This document shows positions 31,202-41,481 of a stretch of 64,000 bases of DNA, piece by piece. The position numbers were made by a program, and so were the translations under genes. Every line of letters starts with the position of its first letter. The stretch's first letter is position 1. Location of the stretch: the NCBI GenBank assembly GCA_963708135.1, contig OY970192.1:4256001-4320000 (forward strand), given 5' to 3'. The notes under the pieces are model-generated. The model was not told the origin of the DNA and searched no databases. It saw only the letters and a list, made by a program, of their open reading frames with translations. Origin of the DNA: an uncultured Gemmatimonadales bacterium (GTDB lineage: Bacteria; Gemmatimonadota; Gemmatimonadetes; Longimicrobiales; RSA9).

Positions 31202-32773
31202 ATGGCGGCGGAGAGGTTGTCCATGCGGAAGATCAAGGAGGTGCTGCGGCTGAAGGCTGCAGGCCATGGGAACCGGGCGATCGCCCGGAGCCTGCGGATC
31301 GCGCACAGCACGGTCCGCGAGTACCTGAACCGGGCCGAGGCGGCGGAGCTGGGCTGGCCGCTGCCGGAGGGGCTGACGGAGGCGGAGCTCGAGGCCCGGC
31401 TTTTTCCGCCGCCGCAGCCGTCGAACGTGGCGCGTCCGCTGCCGGACTGGGCGGAGGTGCACCGGGAGCTGAAGTCGAAGAAGCGGAGCGGCGTCACGCT
31501 CCAGCTGCTCTGGCTCGAGTACAAGGAGGACCACCCGTACGGGCTCCAGTACAGCCAGTTCTGCGAGCGGTACCGGCGGTGGCGGGGCGGGCTCGACCTG
31601 GTGCTCCGGCAGGAGCACCGCGCCGGGGAGAAGGTCTTCGTGGACTTCGCCGGCCAGACGGTGCCGGTGGTGGACCGGGGCACCGGGGAGATCCGCGAGG
31701 CCGAGATCTTCGTCGGGGTGCTGGGCGCCAGCAACTACACCTACGCCGAAGCGTGCTGGAGCCAGGAGCTGCCCGAGTGGATCGGCGCGCACGTGCGCAT
31801 GTACGAGTACTTCGGCGGGGTGCCGCAGCTCACGGTCCCCGACAACCTGAAGGCAGGGGTCCGCCACGCCTGCTACTACGAGCCGGACCTGAACCCGACG
31901 TATCACGAGTTGGCGGTGCACTACGGCACGGCCGTGCTGCCAGCCCGGGTCCGGAAGCCGAGGGACAAGGCGAAGGCGGAAGCGGGCGTGCTCCTGGTGG
32001 AGCGGTGGATCCTGGCCCGGCTCCGGAAGCTGACCTTCTTCAGCCTGGCCGAGCTGAACCGGGAGATCGCTCGTCTGCTGGAGCTCCTGAACGACCGGCC
32101 CTTCCAGAAGCTGGAGGGCAGCCGCCGCTCGCTCTTCGAGACGCTGGACCGGCCGGCGCTTCTCCCGCTCCCCGAGCAGCGCTACGAGTTTGCCCGCTGG
32201 AAGAAGGCCCGGGTCAACATCGACTACCACATCGATGTCCTCGGCCACTACTACAGCGTGCCCCACACCCTCGTCCGCCAGCAGGTGGACGTGCGCATCA
32301 CCCGCACGAGCGTCGAGATCCTGCACTCCGGCCGCCGGGTGGCGGCGCATCTGCGGAGCCACCGCAAGGGTGGCTTCAGCACGGAGCCCGGACACCGGCC
32401 CAAGGCGCACCAGAAGCATCTCGAGTGGACGCCGTCGCGAATCGTCGCCTGGGCCGAGAAGACCGGGCCCGCCACGGGCGAGCTGGCCCGGCAGATCCTC
32501 GAGAGCAAGCCGCACCCGGAGCAGGGCTATCGCGCCTGCCTCGGTCTCCTGAGGCTCGGCGATCGACACTCTCCTGAAAGGCTCGAGGCCGCCTGCGCCC
32601 GCGCGTTGCGGATCGGCGGCGTCTCGTACCGCTCGGTCAAGTCCATCCTCCAGAGCGGACTCGACCGCCTCCCCCTGGAAGAGCAGGCGAGCCTCACCCT
32701 GCCCCAGAACCATGAACATCTGCGCGGCGGGACCTACTACGCCGCCGCCGCCAACGGAGCCCTCTCATGCTGA
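31202..32773 (+). CDS. istA: IS21 transposase
   Basis: MRKIKEVLRL, YSQFC, FVDFAG, PDNLK, PRDKAKAE, YSVP. Confidence 0.95.
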   Translation: MAAERLSMRKIKEVLRLKAAGHGNRAIARSLRIAHSTVREYLNRAEAAELGWPLPEGLTEAELEARLFPPPQPSNVARPLPDWAEVHRELKSKKRSGVTLQLLWLEYKEDHPYGLQYSQFCERYRRWRGGLDLVLRQEHRAGEKVFVDFAGQTVPVVDRGTGEIREAEIFVGVLGASNYTYAEACWSQELPEWIGAHVRMYEYFGGVPQLTVPDNLKAGVRHACYYEPDLNPTYHELAVHYGTAVLPARVRKPRDKAKAEAGVLLVERWILARLRKLTFFSLAELNREIARLLELLNDRPFQKLEGSRRSLFETLDRPALLPLPEQRYEFARWKKARVNIDYHIDVLGHYYSVPHTLVRQQVDVRITRTSVEILHSGRRVAAHLRSHRKGGFSTEPGHRPKAHQKHLEWTPSRIVAWAEKTGPATGELARQILESKPHPEQGYRACLGLLRLGDRHSPERLEAACARALRIGGVSYRSVKSILQSGLDRLPLEEQASLTLPQNHEHLRGGTYYAAAANGALSC

Positions 32774-33519
32774 CGCACCAGACCCTCGACCAGCTCCACG
32801 AGCTCCGCCTCACCGGCATGGCCCAGGCCCTGGAAGAACAGATGCGCATGCCCGACGTCGAGAGCCTCGCCTTCGACGACCGTCTGGCCCTCCTCCTGGA
32901 ACGGGAGATCACCTTCCGCGACGACCGGCGCCTCACCCGGCTCCTCCAGGTGGCCAAGCTCCATCTTCAAGCCGCCATCGAGGACCTCGACTTCCGAAGC
33001 CCTCGAGGACTGGAGCGATCCCTCATCCTGCGCCTCTCCAGCGGCCAGTGGATCCGCGACCACCAGAGCGTCCTGATCTCCGGCGCCACGGGCACCGGCA
33101 AGAGCTTCCTGGCCTGCGCCCTCGGTCACAGCGCCTGCCGCCAGGGCCTGTCCACCCGCTACTACCGCTTCTCCCGGCTCCTCGGAGAGCTGGCTCTGGC
33201 CCGGGCCGACGGCTCCTACGCCAAGCTCCTCGACCGCCTGGCCAAGACCCAACTCCTCATCCTCGATGACTTCGGCCTCGCTCCACTCACCGACTCCGAG
33301 CGCCGTGATCTCCTCGAGGTCCTCGAAGACCGCTACGGCCGACGCGCCACCCTCGTCACCAGCCAGCTGCCCGTCGAGCACTGGCACGCGGTCATGGGAG
33401 ACGCCACATTCGCCGACGCCATCCTGGATCGGCTCGTCCACAACGCCCACACCATCACCCTGAAAGGAGCATCCATGCGGCGGAAGAAGAATCAGACCCC
33501 CGCCGTCGCCGAGTCCTGA
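32767..33519 (+). CDS. istB: IS21 helper ATPase
   Basis: GATGTGKS, LLILDDFG, TSQLP, ADAILDRLVHNA. Confidence 0.95.
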   Translation: MLTHQTLDQLHELRLTGMAQALEEQMRMPDVESLAFDDRLALLLEREITFRDDRRLTRLLQVAKLHLQAAIEDLDFRSPRGLERSLILRLSSGQWIRDHQSVLISGATGTGKSFLACALGHSACRQGLSTRYYRFSRLLGELALARADGSYAKLLDRLAKTQLLILDDFGLAPLTDSERRDLLEVLEDRYGRRATLVTSQLPVEHWHAVMGDATFADAILDRLVHNAHTITLKGASMRRKKNQTPAVAES

Positions 33520-33699
33520 ACACGCCAGCGTCGCTTCGCTCCGACCGGGTGGACGGCATGGACCGGAACGGGTGGACGGCTTGCGCCGGAACCGCTGGAC
33601 GGCTTCCTCCGGAACTCGTGGACGGAATCACCGGAATAGGCAAAGTTCTCCGAAATCAGGGGACGCGTAGTTTTTCGACCCTCCACCTCTTGGGGGTGT

Positions 33700-33792
33700 C
33701 GGGCCGTAGTGCCGAAGGCGACGACGAGGCCGGCGGGGCTCGCCCGCGTTTCCTCCAGCTCCACGGACCAGGCGGCGGCGTGGTGGGTGAGG
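33700..33792 (-). pseudogene. Fragment of APH(6)-like gene, 5' part
   Basis: HHAAAWSVELEETRASPAGL; homologous to 27790-27870. Confidence 0.7.
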
Positions 33793-33889
33793 TCGGGGGA
33801 TTTAGGTTGGCGTTTCAGGGTGCGATTCGAGGCATGAGGCCGCGGGCGCGCTGTCTGCGCCTGCGCGGCGGCGCAAGCCAAGGAAGGGG

Positions 33890-34131
33890 CGTTACGCCGA
33901 GCGGCGCCTCTGCTTCTCGATGATCTTCGTACTCCTCGCGGAGGTCGTCAGGGCTCGATCGCTTGCTCATAGATCTTTCGCTCGCGGGGGCTCATGAGTC
34001 GCGCGCTGACCAAGCGTACCGCCTCGCCGCGCTCGGTGATTGAGCACAGTTGCCGCCTCCTCGAAGCCCACCGCGTGCTTCCGGAGATTCGATTCCGCCT
34101 TCGCCGGATCCCACTCGACCTCGAGGCTCAC
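33890..34131 (-). pseudogene. brnT: BrnT toxin (internally deleted) and probable BrnA antitoxin start
   Basis: MSLEVEWDPAKAESNLRKHAVGFEEAATVL, then shifted TERGEAVRLVSARLMSPRERKIYE (stop 33948); overlapping MSKRSSPDDLREEY from 33970. Confidence 0.75.
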
Positions 34132-34177
34132 GCCGAAAAGCTAGCAGCCGACGCTCCGCCAGCCAACAGCGGTCCCG

Positions 34178-34290
34178 GCACGCCCTTCGGTCGATGGCCG
34201 TCCAGCCCCGCCGCGCGTCCCACGGCACGTTCGCGTGCTGCAGGTCGCCGTGCAGAAGGCGCACCCGCTCCTGCGAGGCGACGAGACGGC
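34178..34290 (-). pseudogene. Fragment of APH(6)-like gene, catalytic part
   Basis: RLLHGDLQHANVPWDARRGWTAID; homologous to 27325-27435. Confidence 0.72.
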
Positions 34291-34403
34291 CGCGACGTCG
34301 GGATCGAGTCGCACGAGGTTGACCCCCTCGGCGTCGCGAGCGGCGAACGGCGCCGGCGTGGCAGGCCGCGGACGCGCGGACGTGCTCGATCCGAGGTCGA
34401 ACC

Positions 34404-37400
34404 CTACCGCGCCGCCCCTGCCTTCACCTCAGTCCTGTCATAGGTCAGCCCGAACACCGTGTCCGTCAGCCAGCGCCGGAAGCCCTCGTTGTCCATGAAT
34501 TGCTTGAACAGCTCCGTGTCGTCCTTCAGCACGGCCGTCATCACCCGCGCCAGCGCCTTGTCGTGCTCGATACGGGCGTTTTGCTTGTCCGAGTTCTGGC
34601 GCGCGTTCCGGTAGGCCCTGTCGGCCGCGACCCGCTGCGGGATGTCCTCGGTGATGAGCTTGTGCACGCGGTCGCCGTCGGACCACGGGATGTTGCCGAA
34701 CTGGTCGTTGAACGCCTTGAGGATGTTCGAGAGCCGGTCGATCTCGGGCTCGGGCTTGGGGCCGCCGCCGGTGGTCGGCACCGGCTCGATCTCCGCGTCC
34801 GCGTCGGGGAGCTGGATCCTGGCCACCGCCTGCTTCTCCACCCGGTAGCTGTCCATGTCGATTGCCTCGAGGATGCCCTTGGCGAGGTCCTCCTCGACGG
34901 GCGCCGGCAGCTTGGGCACGAGGAAGGTGAGGAAGATCGAGAGCTTCTCCCAGTCGGCGTTGGTGTAGGGCAGGACCTGTGAGAGGAACCCGTAGGCCCG
35001 CAGGAAGGCCTTGGCCTTGCCCTTGAAGTCCACCTGAGCGTCCTCGTCGAGCCGCTCGCGGTAGTCGGCGACGCAGGCGTCGAGGATGGGATCGAGCCGG
35101 TCGCGGTCCGCCCCGCCCAGGTAGAGCGCCACGAGCTCGTCCACCTGTGCCGGGGCATGGACCTGGTAGCCGTCGAGCGCGGCCTTGAGGTCGTGCAGCT
35201 TGTTCGGGTCGGTCTCCTCGGCCAGGATAGTCGTGCGGTAGTAGTCGGCGAACGCCTCCTGGATGGTGTCCGCGTCGTTCATGAAGTCGAGCACGAACAC
35301 GTCGTGCTTCTTCGGATGCGCGCGGTTGAGCCGGGACAGCGTCTGCACGGCCTTGATGCCGGAGAGCACCTTGTCCACGTACATCGAGTGCAGCAGCGGC
35401 TCGTCGTAGCCGGTCTGGAACTTGTCGGCGCAGATCAGGAACCGGTACGGGTCCTCCCGGATCCTGTCGGCGATCTGGCGCGACGGGAACCCGTTGAGCG
35501 ACGCCTCCGTGACCTTGCTCCCGCCGTAGTCGTGCTCGCCCGAGAACGCCACAATCGCTTGGTAGCGGCTCTTGCGCTCGGCCAGGTAGTCGCGGATCGC
35601 GTGGTAGTACTGGATCGCACGCTCGATGCCGCTGGTCACCACCATCGCGCGCGCCTCGCCGCCGATCTTGTTCAGCGCCAGCACCTGCTCGTGGAAGTGG
35701 TCCACCATGATCTCGGCCTTGAGCCGGATCGCGTGGTCGTGGCTCTCCACGTAGCGGCGCAGCTTCTTCTTCGCCCGCCTGGTGTCGAACTCGGGGTCGC
35801 CCTCCACCTTCTTGACGAGCTTGTAGTAGCTCTCGACCGGCGTGTAGTACTCGAGCACGTCCAGGATGAAGCCCTCCTGGATCGCCTGCTTCATCGTGTA
35901 GCTGTGGAACGGCCGGTGCTTCACCGTGCCGTCGGCCTGCGGCTCGGGGAGCCCAAAGATCTCGAGCGTCTTGTTCTTGGGCGTCGCGGTGAACGCGAAG
36001 TAGCTGGCGTTGGGCAGCAGCTTCTTCGCCTCCATGAGCCGGTTGATCGTGTCCTCCAGCGTCTCGTCGTCCTCCTCGGCTCCGGCCGTGGAGAGCGCAA
36101 TCGACAGCGCGGCCGACGTCCGCCCGCCCTGGCTCGAGTGCGCCTCGTCGATCACGATGGCGAAGCGCCGCCCGCGGTGCTCGCTCCCGATCTCGTCGAG
36201 GATGAACGGGAACTTCTGCACCGTGGAGATGATGATCTTCTTCCCTTCGGCGATGAACTTGCCCAGGTCGCCCGAGTGCTGGGCGTGGCCGACCGTGGCG
36301 CCCACCTGGGCGAACTGCTTGATGGTGTCCTTGATCTGCTGGTCGAGGATCCTGCGGTCCGTGACGACGATGATCGAGTCGAAGACCGTCGCCTCGTCCT
36401 TCTCGAGCCCGATGAGCTGGTGCGCGAGCCAGGCGATCGAGTTCGACTTGCCGCTCCCCGCCGAGTGCTGGATCAGGTAGCGCCTGCCCGCGCCGCTCGC
36501 CCGCGCGTCGGCGAGCAGCCGGCGCACCACGTCGAGCTGGTGGAACCGCGGCCAGATCTGCATCGCCTTCTTCCTGCCAGTCTTGTCGTCCTTCGTCTCG
36601 ACGACCTGCGCGTAGTTCTCGAGGATGTCGGTCAGGCCGCCCTTGGTGAGCACGCGCTTCCACAGGTAGTCGGTCTTGAGGCCGTTCGGGTTGGGCGGGT
36701 TGCCCGCGCCGTCGTTCCAGCCCTGGTTGAAGGGCAGGAACCACGAGACCTTGCCCTTGAGGTGCGTGCAGAAGCGAACCTCGTGATCGTCCACGGCGAA
36801 GTGCACCACGCAGCGGCCGAACTCGAAGAGCTTCTCGCGCAGGTCGCGGTCGCGCTGGTACTGCTCGACGGCGTCGGCGACCGTCTGCTTGGTCAGGCTG
36901 TTCTTCAGCTCGAAGGTGGCGACGGGCAGGCCGTTGATGAACAGGCCCAGGTCGAGCGCGCGCTGCGTCTCGTCGCGGCTGTAGCGGAGCTGGCGCATGA
37001 CGCTGAAGCGGTTCTGGGCGTAGCGCTCGGCGGCCCTGGCGTTGCCCGGCGAGGGCGTGCCGTAGAAGAGGTCGAGTTGGTGCGGCCCGTGCTTGAGCCC
37101 GTGGCGCAGCACGTCGATAGTGCCGCGCTTCGTGATCTCGCCCTGGAGCCGCGCCAGGAACTTGCGCCGCGTGGGCCCGTCCTGGCCCAGGTCGAGCGCG
37201 TCGGCCACCTCGCCTTGAGTCTCGCGCAGGAAGGTCGAGAGCTGGGCGAGGTCCACGCAGTACTCGCGGTCGTAGTCCTCGGCCGCGCCGCAGATCCAGC
37301 CCGCGCCGTAGGCGGCCGGGCGCTCGTGCACGGAGTCGGCCTGGACCGTCCCCGGATCGCAGGCCGCGCCGGTCAGCGCCGTGCAGATCAGCCGTTCGAG

Positions 37401-37427
37401 GCCGCGCTCGGAGGTGTCGGTGGTCAT
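34404..37427 (-). CDS. hsdR: Type I restriction endonuclease subunit R
   Basis: LFINGLPVATFELKN, HSAGSGKS, IDEAHSSQ, FTATP, KFQTGYDEP, QTLSRLNR. Confidence 0.95.
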   Translation of the reverse strand: MTTDTSERGLERLICTALTGAACDPGTVQADSVHERPAAYGAGWICGAAEDYDREYCVDLAQLSTFLRETQGEVADALDLGQDGPTRRKFLARLQGEITKRGTIDVLRHGLKHGPHQLDLFYGTPSPGNARAAERYAQNRFSVMRQLRYSRDETQRALDLGLFINGLPVATFELKNSLTKQTVADAVEQYQRDRDLREKLFEFGRCVVHFAVDDHEVRFCTHLKGKVSWFLPFNQGWNDGAGNPPNPNGLKTDYLWKRVLTKGGLTDILENYAQVVETKDDKTGRKKAMQIWPRFHQLDVVRRLLADARASGAGRRYLIQHSAGSGKSNSIAWLAHQLIGLEKDEATVFDSIIVVTDRRILDQQIKDTIKQFAQVGATVGHAQHSGDLGKFIAEGKKIIISTVQKFPFILDEIGSEHRGRRFAIVIDEAHSSQGGRTSAALSIALSTAGAEEDDETLEDTINRLMEAKKLLPNASYFAFTATPKNKTLEIFGLPEPQADGTVKHRPFHSYTMKQAIQEGFILDVLEYYTPVESYYKLVKKVEGDPEFDTRRAKKKLRRYVESHDHAIRLKAEIMVDHFHEQVLALNKIGGEARAMVVTSGIERAIQYYHAIRDYLAERKSRYQAIVAFSGEHDYGGSKVTEASLNGFPSRQIADRIREDPYRFLICADKFQTGYDEPLLHSMYVDKVLSGIKAVQTLSRLNRAHPKKHDVFVLDFMNDADTIQEAFADYYRTTILAEETDPNKLHDLKAALDGYQVHAPAQVDELVALYLGGADRDRLDPILDACVADYRERLDEDAQVDFKGKAKAFLRAYGFLSQVLPYTNADWEKLSIFLTFLVPKLPAPVEEDLAKGILEAIDMDSYRVEKQAVARIQLPDADAEIEPVPTTGGGPKPEPEIDRLSNILKAFNDQFGNIPWSDGDRVHKLITEDIPQRVAADRAYRNARQNSDKQNARIEHDKALARVMTAVLKDDTELFKQFMDNEGFRRWLTDTVFGLTYDRTEVKAGAAR

Positions 37428-38893
37428 GCCTCGGCCTCCTCCGGCACCTCGTCGGTGACATCGGCGCCCGCTTCGTCGGTTTCGGCTTCGGCCTCGATCT
37501 CGTCGAGCGGCTCGGGCTCCTCGGCCTCGTCCGGCAGCCGGGCCGCCGCCTCGCGCACGTCGAGTTTGCCGGTTACGACGTCGGCGATCAGGCGGGCGCG
37601 GTATTCGCCAAGGAGGTCCACTTCGCGGCGTGCTCGGTCCGACGCGGCCACAACGTCCTTGGTGGCACCTTCTAGGTAGTCAATTATTTGAACCTGCTCC
37701 TCCGCCGGCGGAACCACGAGCTCGATTCGCTTGAGATCGCGAATGTTGATTCCGCGTACCGTCGCACCCACCACTTGAGATTTCACATGCTCGCGGAAGA
37801 TCGGGGCTCGAACAGCATGCAGAAGCCAGCGTGGGTCTATGCCGCTGTCCGCAGCGATACGAGCGGCGTCCTGAGTCACGTTTGCTCCCGCGAGCTCTGG
37901 TGGGACTAGCTCGGCGGCCCCTACTCCACCTCGAATAGCGAACACAATGTCCCGCGCCGCGAGGCGCGAGCGGGCATATCGCGACTCGATCTCGAACGTG
38001 GTGCGCGATAGCAGTTCGGGGCGCAGGCGACCGGGCTCGCAGTTGCCACCCTTAACTATGTAGATACCGTCATCGACGTTGGGCCCGGGCAGAACGATGC
38101 CGTACATGATGGCCCGGCTTGGGTCCGTAACTTGGTGAAGTCTCTTCACCTCCCAATGCTCCGGCACATCCCCCAGCCACTCCACGCCGGAGGGCTTGAG
38201 GCGGACGTTGGGGTCGAGGCCGCGGGTGACGGCGCGGTGGATGATGGCCTGCTTCTGCTCCTCCAGCAGCTTGATCAGCTTCTGCTTGGCGCGGATGTAC
38301 CGCCGAATCCGCCGGTCCGCGTGGTCGAGGAAGCGGACGATGGCGGCTTGTTCGGGGAGGGGTGGGGCAGAGAGCCAGACGGACTTGATCGCTGCATGCG
38401 AGAGCCCATATCGCGTGACACCATTTGCCTCGACGTGAAACTGGTACTGCGCAGCCTTGCTCTGCAGCGCGCGAAGAAGATACTCTCCCCATAAGCGCTT
38501 CTCGAACGGGCGAAGAAGTGCCAAGTGGTATCCGCTAACGAGGTCAGCCGCGGTTTCGCGCACAAGCGCAGGGACACCAATGTCATTCCAGGCTTCCGAG
38601 TCTTTCGTGATGAGCACGTCGCCAACGGCCAGGCGGAAACGCTCGACTTGATCCCTCGTCGCCGTTGCCCGCATGAGGCCCATACTCGGGCGGAGGTAGT
38701 CGTTCTTGTAGACGTCAACATAGTTGCAGAGGCGAACAGGCTCCTCGTCATCTTTGGTGTGCTTGTCGACGTTGCTGACGCGCATGTCGGCCAGGTTGCG
38801 GAGCCGCTGTACCTCCCAATGCTCCGGCACCTCCCCCAGCCACGGCACGCCGGAGTCCTTCATCGCGGGATAGGGCCTCAGGTCAGCGATCAT
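37424..38893 (-). CDS. hsdS: Type I R-M specificity subunit
   Basis: Repeated KDSGVPWLGEVPEHWEV / KPSGVEWLGDVPEHWEV, PPLPEQ / PPAEEQ; two lower-GC TRDs; VVTGKLDVR. Confidence 0.95.
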   Translation of the reverse strand: MIADLRPYPAMKDSGVPWLGEVPEHWEVQRLRNLADMRVSNVDKHTKDDEEPVRLCNYVDVYKNDYLRPSMGLMRATATRDQVERFRLAVGDVLITKDSEAWNDIGVPALVRETAADLVSGYHLALLRPFEKRLWGEYLLRALQSKAAQYQFHVEANGVTRYGLSHAAIKSVWLSAPPLPEQAAIVRFLDHADRRIRRYIRAKQKLIKLLEEQKQAIIHRAVTRGLDPNVRLKPSGVEWLGDVPEHWEVKRLHQVTDPSRAIMYGIVLPGPNVDDGIYIVKGGNCEPGRLRPELLSRTTFEIESRYARSRLAARDIVFAIRGGVGAAELVPPELAGANVTQDAARIAADSGIDPRWLLHAVRAPIFREHVKSQVVGATVRGINIRDLKRIELVVPPAEEQVQIIDYLEGATKDVVAASDRARREVDLLGEYRARLIADVVTGKLDVREAAARLPDEAEEPEPLDEIEAEAETDEAGADVTDEVPEEAEA

Positions 38894-41481
38894 GCCTTGT
38901 ATCCCTTGACGCGCTTGAACCAGCTGTCCACCAGGCGAAGCTCTTCCTCGATCTTGTCGATGTCGGGGGCGACGTAGTTGACGGCGGCGCTCTTGTCGTG
39001 CCGCCTCGCCCACTGCGACGCCCGGCCGTAGCTGCCCTCGAACTCATGGTGATCGTCGTCGGAGAAGCGAGCCAGGACCTTCACCATCATCGGGCGCACC
39101 TCGAGGCCGCCTTCCGCGAGGACGGGCCCGACGATCTCCTGGCTGAAGATGCGCTCCCAGGTCTCCGACAGATTGCCGGCCCAGACTGCCACGGCATCCT
39201 CGTACTGCTCTTCTTCCCAGGCACTGCTCTCCTTCTTGATTCGGCTGAGCTCCTGCCGGAGTTCGTCGAGGCGGGCCGGTACATCCTTGGCCTTCCAGGG
39301 GTGCTTTGTTGTGCAGGCACCCGGCTTGCGCTCGTCCGCCCGGCTCCTCATGACCGACCGCTCCGCAATCTGAACGCCCTTGGCACCGGCCTCGCGCTTG
39401 AGGTCTGCCACGAACGCGACGTCGTGGGTGAACAGGATCACCTGTCGAGTCTCGGCGAGGGCCGCAATCCGCGTCGCGACTAGACCGCGGCGGATGTGAT
39501 CGAGCGACGTCACAGGATCATCGAGGATGAGAGCCGACTTCGAGCCGTCGAGGTGTGCCTCGGTGAAGAATGCTGCCAGTCCCAGCGCAGTCCGCTCGCC
39601 CTCGCTGAACACTTTGGGCAGCGTAACCTGCTGGCGCGCCCCGACGAGTTTTGGTTGGTGAAGCAGGGCTCCCTTATCCGCACGGGTACGGGCGATCGTC
39701 ACCCGTTCGAGCCGGAGCCTTTCCGACTCTCTCGTGAAGGTGTCGCGGACTACCTCAGTGATGCTCTCCTCGGAGAGCTCCAGAATCTTCTTCGTGATAC
39801 CCGTCGTCGCGGCAGCGCTCTTGGCCGCTTCCAGCGCCTCACGCTCCTTTAAGCGCTGGACCTCCTTGGCGATCGCTGACCGCGACTTCTTGACCTGCTC
39901 CAGCAGCTCGAGCTCCGTCCGTCTCGCGGTGAGAGCCTCGAGGTGCTTCTGAACCCCTTCTGGGTTCGCGAGCTCCTCAGCAGCTGCCCTTGCTGCGTCA
40001 TTGGCTCCATTGAGGCGGTCGATGGTTGTTGCCTGCTCGATTGCGATCGAAGGAACCTCCCGCTGATTGGCCAGCGCCTCGCGCACATGTGCGTTTGCCG
40101 ACTCGTAGTTCGTGAGGAGCGCGCGCACCTCAGCGACGACGTCGCCATTCGGCTCGTCCAGATCCTCGAGGTGGTTTGCGACGGTCTCCGGCGAGACCTG
40201 AAGCTCTCGCAAGACCTTGGCCTTCTGGTCGTAGGCGCCCTTCGCATCCTGTAGGCGGACTTGGGTGTCGTTGCGGACGAACTCGTCGAAGCGGACCAAG
40301 CGATCTCGGCCCCCCGCCTCCAGGGGTTGCTGGCACAGGACGCACCGGCACTCACTCCCCAGGAACGGGAAATCGTGGTCCGGGTAGGCGTGCTCCCTTG
40401 AGAAGCGCTGGGCCGCTTCCCACAACGCCTTCCAGGGAGAGCTCCCCACGCCCGGCAGGGGCTCCGATTCGAAGGAGCGCGCAAGCAGGGCCGCCGCCTC
40501 TTCGAGCACTTTGATCTCGGCCTGGTGCCTTTGAATCTCGGCGAGAGCCACGCTGCCCAGCGCCGCATCCAGACTTTCAATGTGGCTGCGCAGCGCCACG
40601 AGCTTCTCGCTCTGCCGCGCGAGCTGCTGGCGCGCCTTGGTCGTGTCAGCGCTCCGCAGGCCAGCTTCCTGCTCCTTGAGGTTCTCGATCGTCTCCTCGG
40701 TCGCGTCGAACCTCGCGATCAGCGCGTCGAGCGTCTCGATCGAAGAGCTAGACGAGAGGGACAGGAGGAATTGGCCGGCATCGCTCTCTCGCACTTGCTC
40801 GGGGACGGTCGGCAACTGGTTCGCTGAGGCGCCGTTCTCCGCAAGCTTGGTGTCGATACGCGCGCGGACCGCCACGCAGGCCTCGATGAGGCCGTCCATG
40901 ACGAAGAGGGCCGAGGGTCGGTACGGGAAGTCCGACTCGCTGGCGATGTAGGCGCTGCCGCAGGCTGCATCATAGAAGCGCATGCGCTGCAGCTCGGGAC
41001 GGGAGGACTCCGGCCAGGCAAGAGGCTCGTCGGCGCCGCCGATCCGCACGGAGAGCCTCGCGGTCGGCTGCGCCAGGGAGGTGTCGCGGAAGACGTCCGT
41101 CAGTACATCCTCCCGGTGACGAGCTCGGGTAATGCGCTTCAGCAACCTCGCGTAGCCAGACTTGCCGCTCCCGTTGTCGCCGTACACGATCGTCAAGCCC
41201 TGCGGCTCGAAGGTCAGAGGCTCCTTCGATTCCAGCGCGTTCACATGCTCAGGCTTCTCGATCGCCAAGAGGCAGACCGGGAGGTCTTCCGATGCAGCCT
41301 GTGGCAGCTGCTCGAGGCCGAACTGGCCCACCGGGAGCTCTTGCGCTCCCACGATTGCTTCGACCAGGCGGTCGTGGTCTTCGTCGGAGAGTACCTCGCC
41401 GACTGCTACGCGACGCATGACTTCTCTTTGCCATGCGGGGCGTTCCTGGCTCCAGGCGACGATGAGCTTTTCTAGTGCCAC
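38890..41481 (-). CDS. Rad50/RloC-like ABC ATPase with coiled coil and zinc hook
   Basis: GDNGSGKS, central CVLC, signature SEGE, LILDDPVTSLD, FTHD; helical C-terminus ending WARRHD. Confidence 0.8.
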   Translation of the reverse strand: MALEKLIVAWSQERPAWQREVMRRVAVGEVLSDEDHDRLVEAIVGAQELPVGQFGLEQLPQAASEDLPVCLLAIEKPEHVNALESKEPLTFEPQGLTIVYGDNGSGKSGYARLLKRITRARHREDVLTDVFRDTSLAQPTARLSVRIGGADEPLAWPESSRPELQRMRFYDAACGSAYIASESDFPYRPSALFVMDGLIEACVAVRARIDTKLAENGASANQLPTVPEQVRESDAGQFLLSLSSSSSIETLDALIARFDATEETIENLKEQEAGLRSADTTKARQQLARQSEKLVALRSHIESLDAALGSVALAEIQRHQAEIKVLEEAAALLARSFESEPLPGVGSSPWKALWEAAQRFSREHAYPDHDFPFLGSECRCVLCQQPLEAGGRDRLVRFDEFVRNDTQVRLQDAKGAYDQKAKVLRELQVSPETVANHLEDLDEPNGDVVAEVRALLTNYESANAHVREALANQREVPSIAIEQATTIDRLNGANDAARAAAEELANPEGVQKHLEALTARRTELELLEQVKKSRSAIAKEVQRLKEREALEAAKSAAATTGITKKILELSEESITEVVRDTFTRESERLRLERVTIARTRADKGALLHQPKLVGARQQVTLPKVFSEGERTALGLAAFFTEAHLDGSKSALILDDPVTSLDHIRRGLVATRIAALAETRQVILFTHDVAFVADLKREAGAKGVQIAERSVMRSRADERKPGACTTKHPWKAKDVPARLDELRQELSRIKKESSAWEEEQYEDAVAVWAGNLSETWERIFSQEIVGPVLAEGGLEVRPMMVKVLARFSDDDHHEFEGSYGRASQWARRHDKSAAVNYVAPDIDKIEEELRLVDSWFKRVKGYKA

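Larger units (their letters stand above)
30981..33642 (+). mobile_element. IS21-family insertion sequence, complete
   Basis: TG..CA ends (TGCGTATTCCGG / CCGGAATAGGCA); multiple subterminal ATTCCG..TCCACC repeats; 5-bp target duplication AAGTT at 30976-80 and 33643-47. Confidence 0.93.

Noticed and set aside
29654..32719. 1021-aa ORF as a novel fusion protein
   Set aside because: The N-terminal part is the antisense of istA; the real gene starts at 30823.
34438..37679. Long alternative ORFs overlapping hsdR (1007 aa and 840 aa)
   Set aside because: Arg/Pro/Ala-rich shadow frames typical of high-GC DNA. The same applies to 94-1722, 18879-21275 and 56184-58877.
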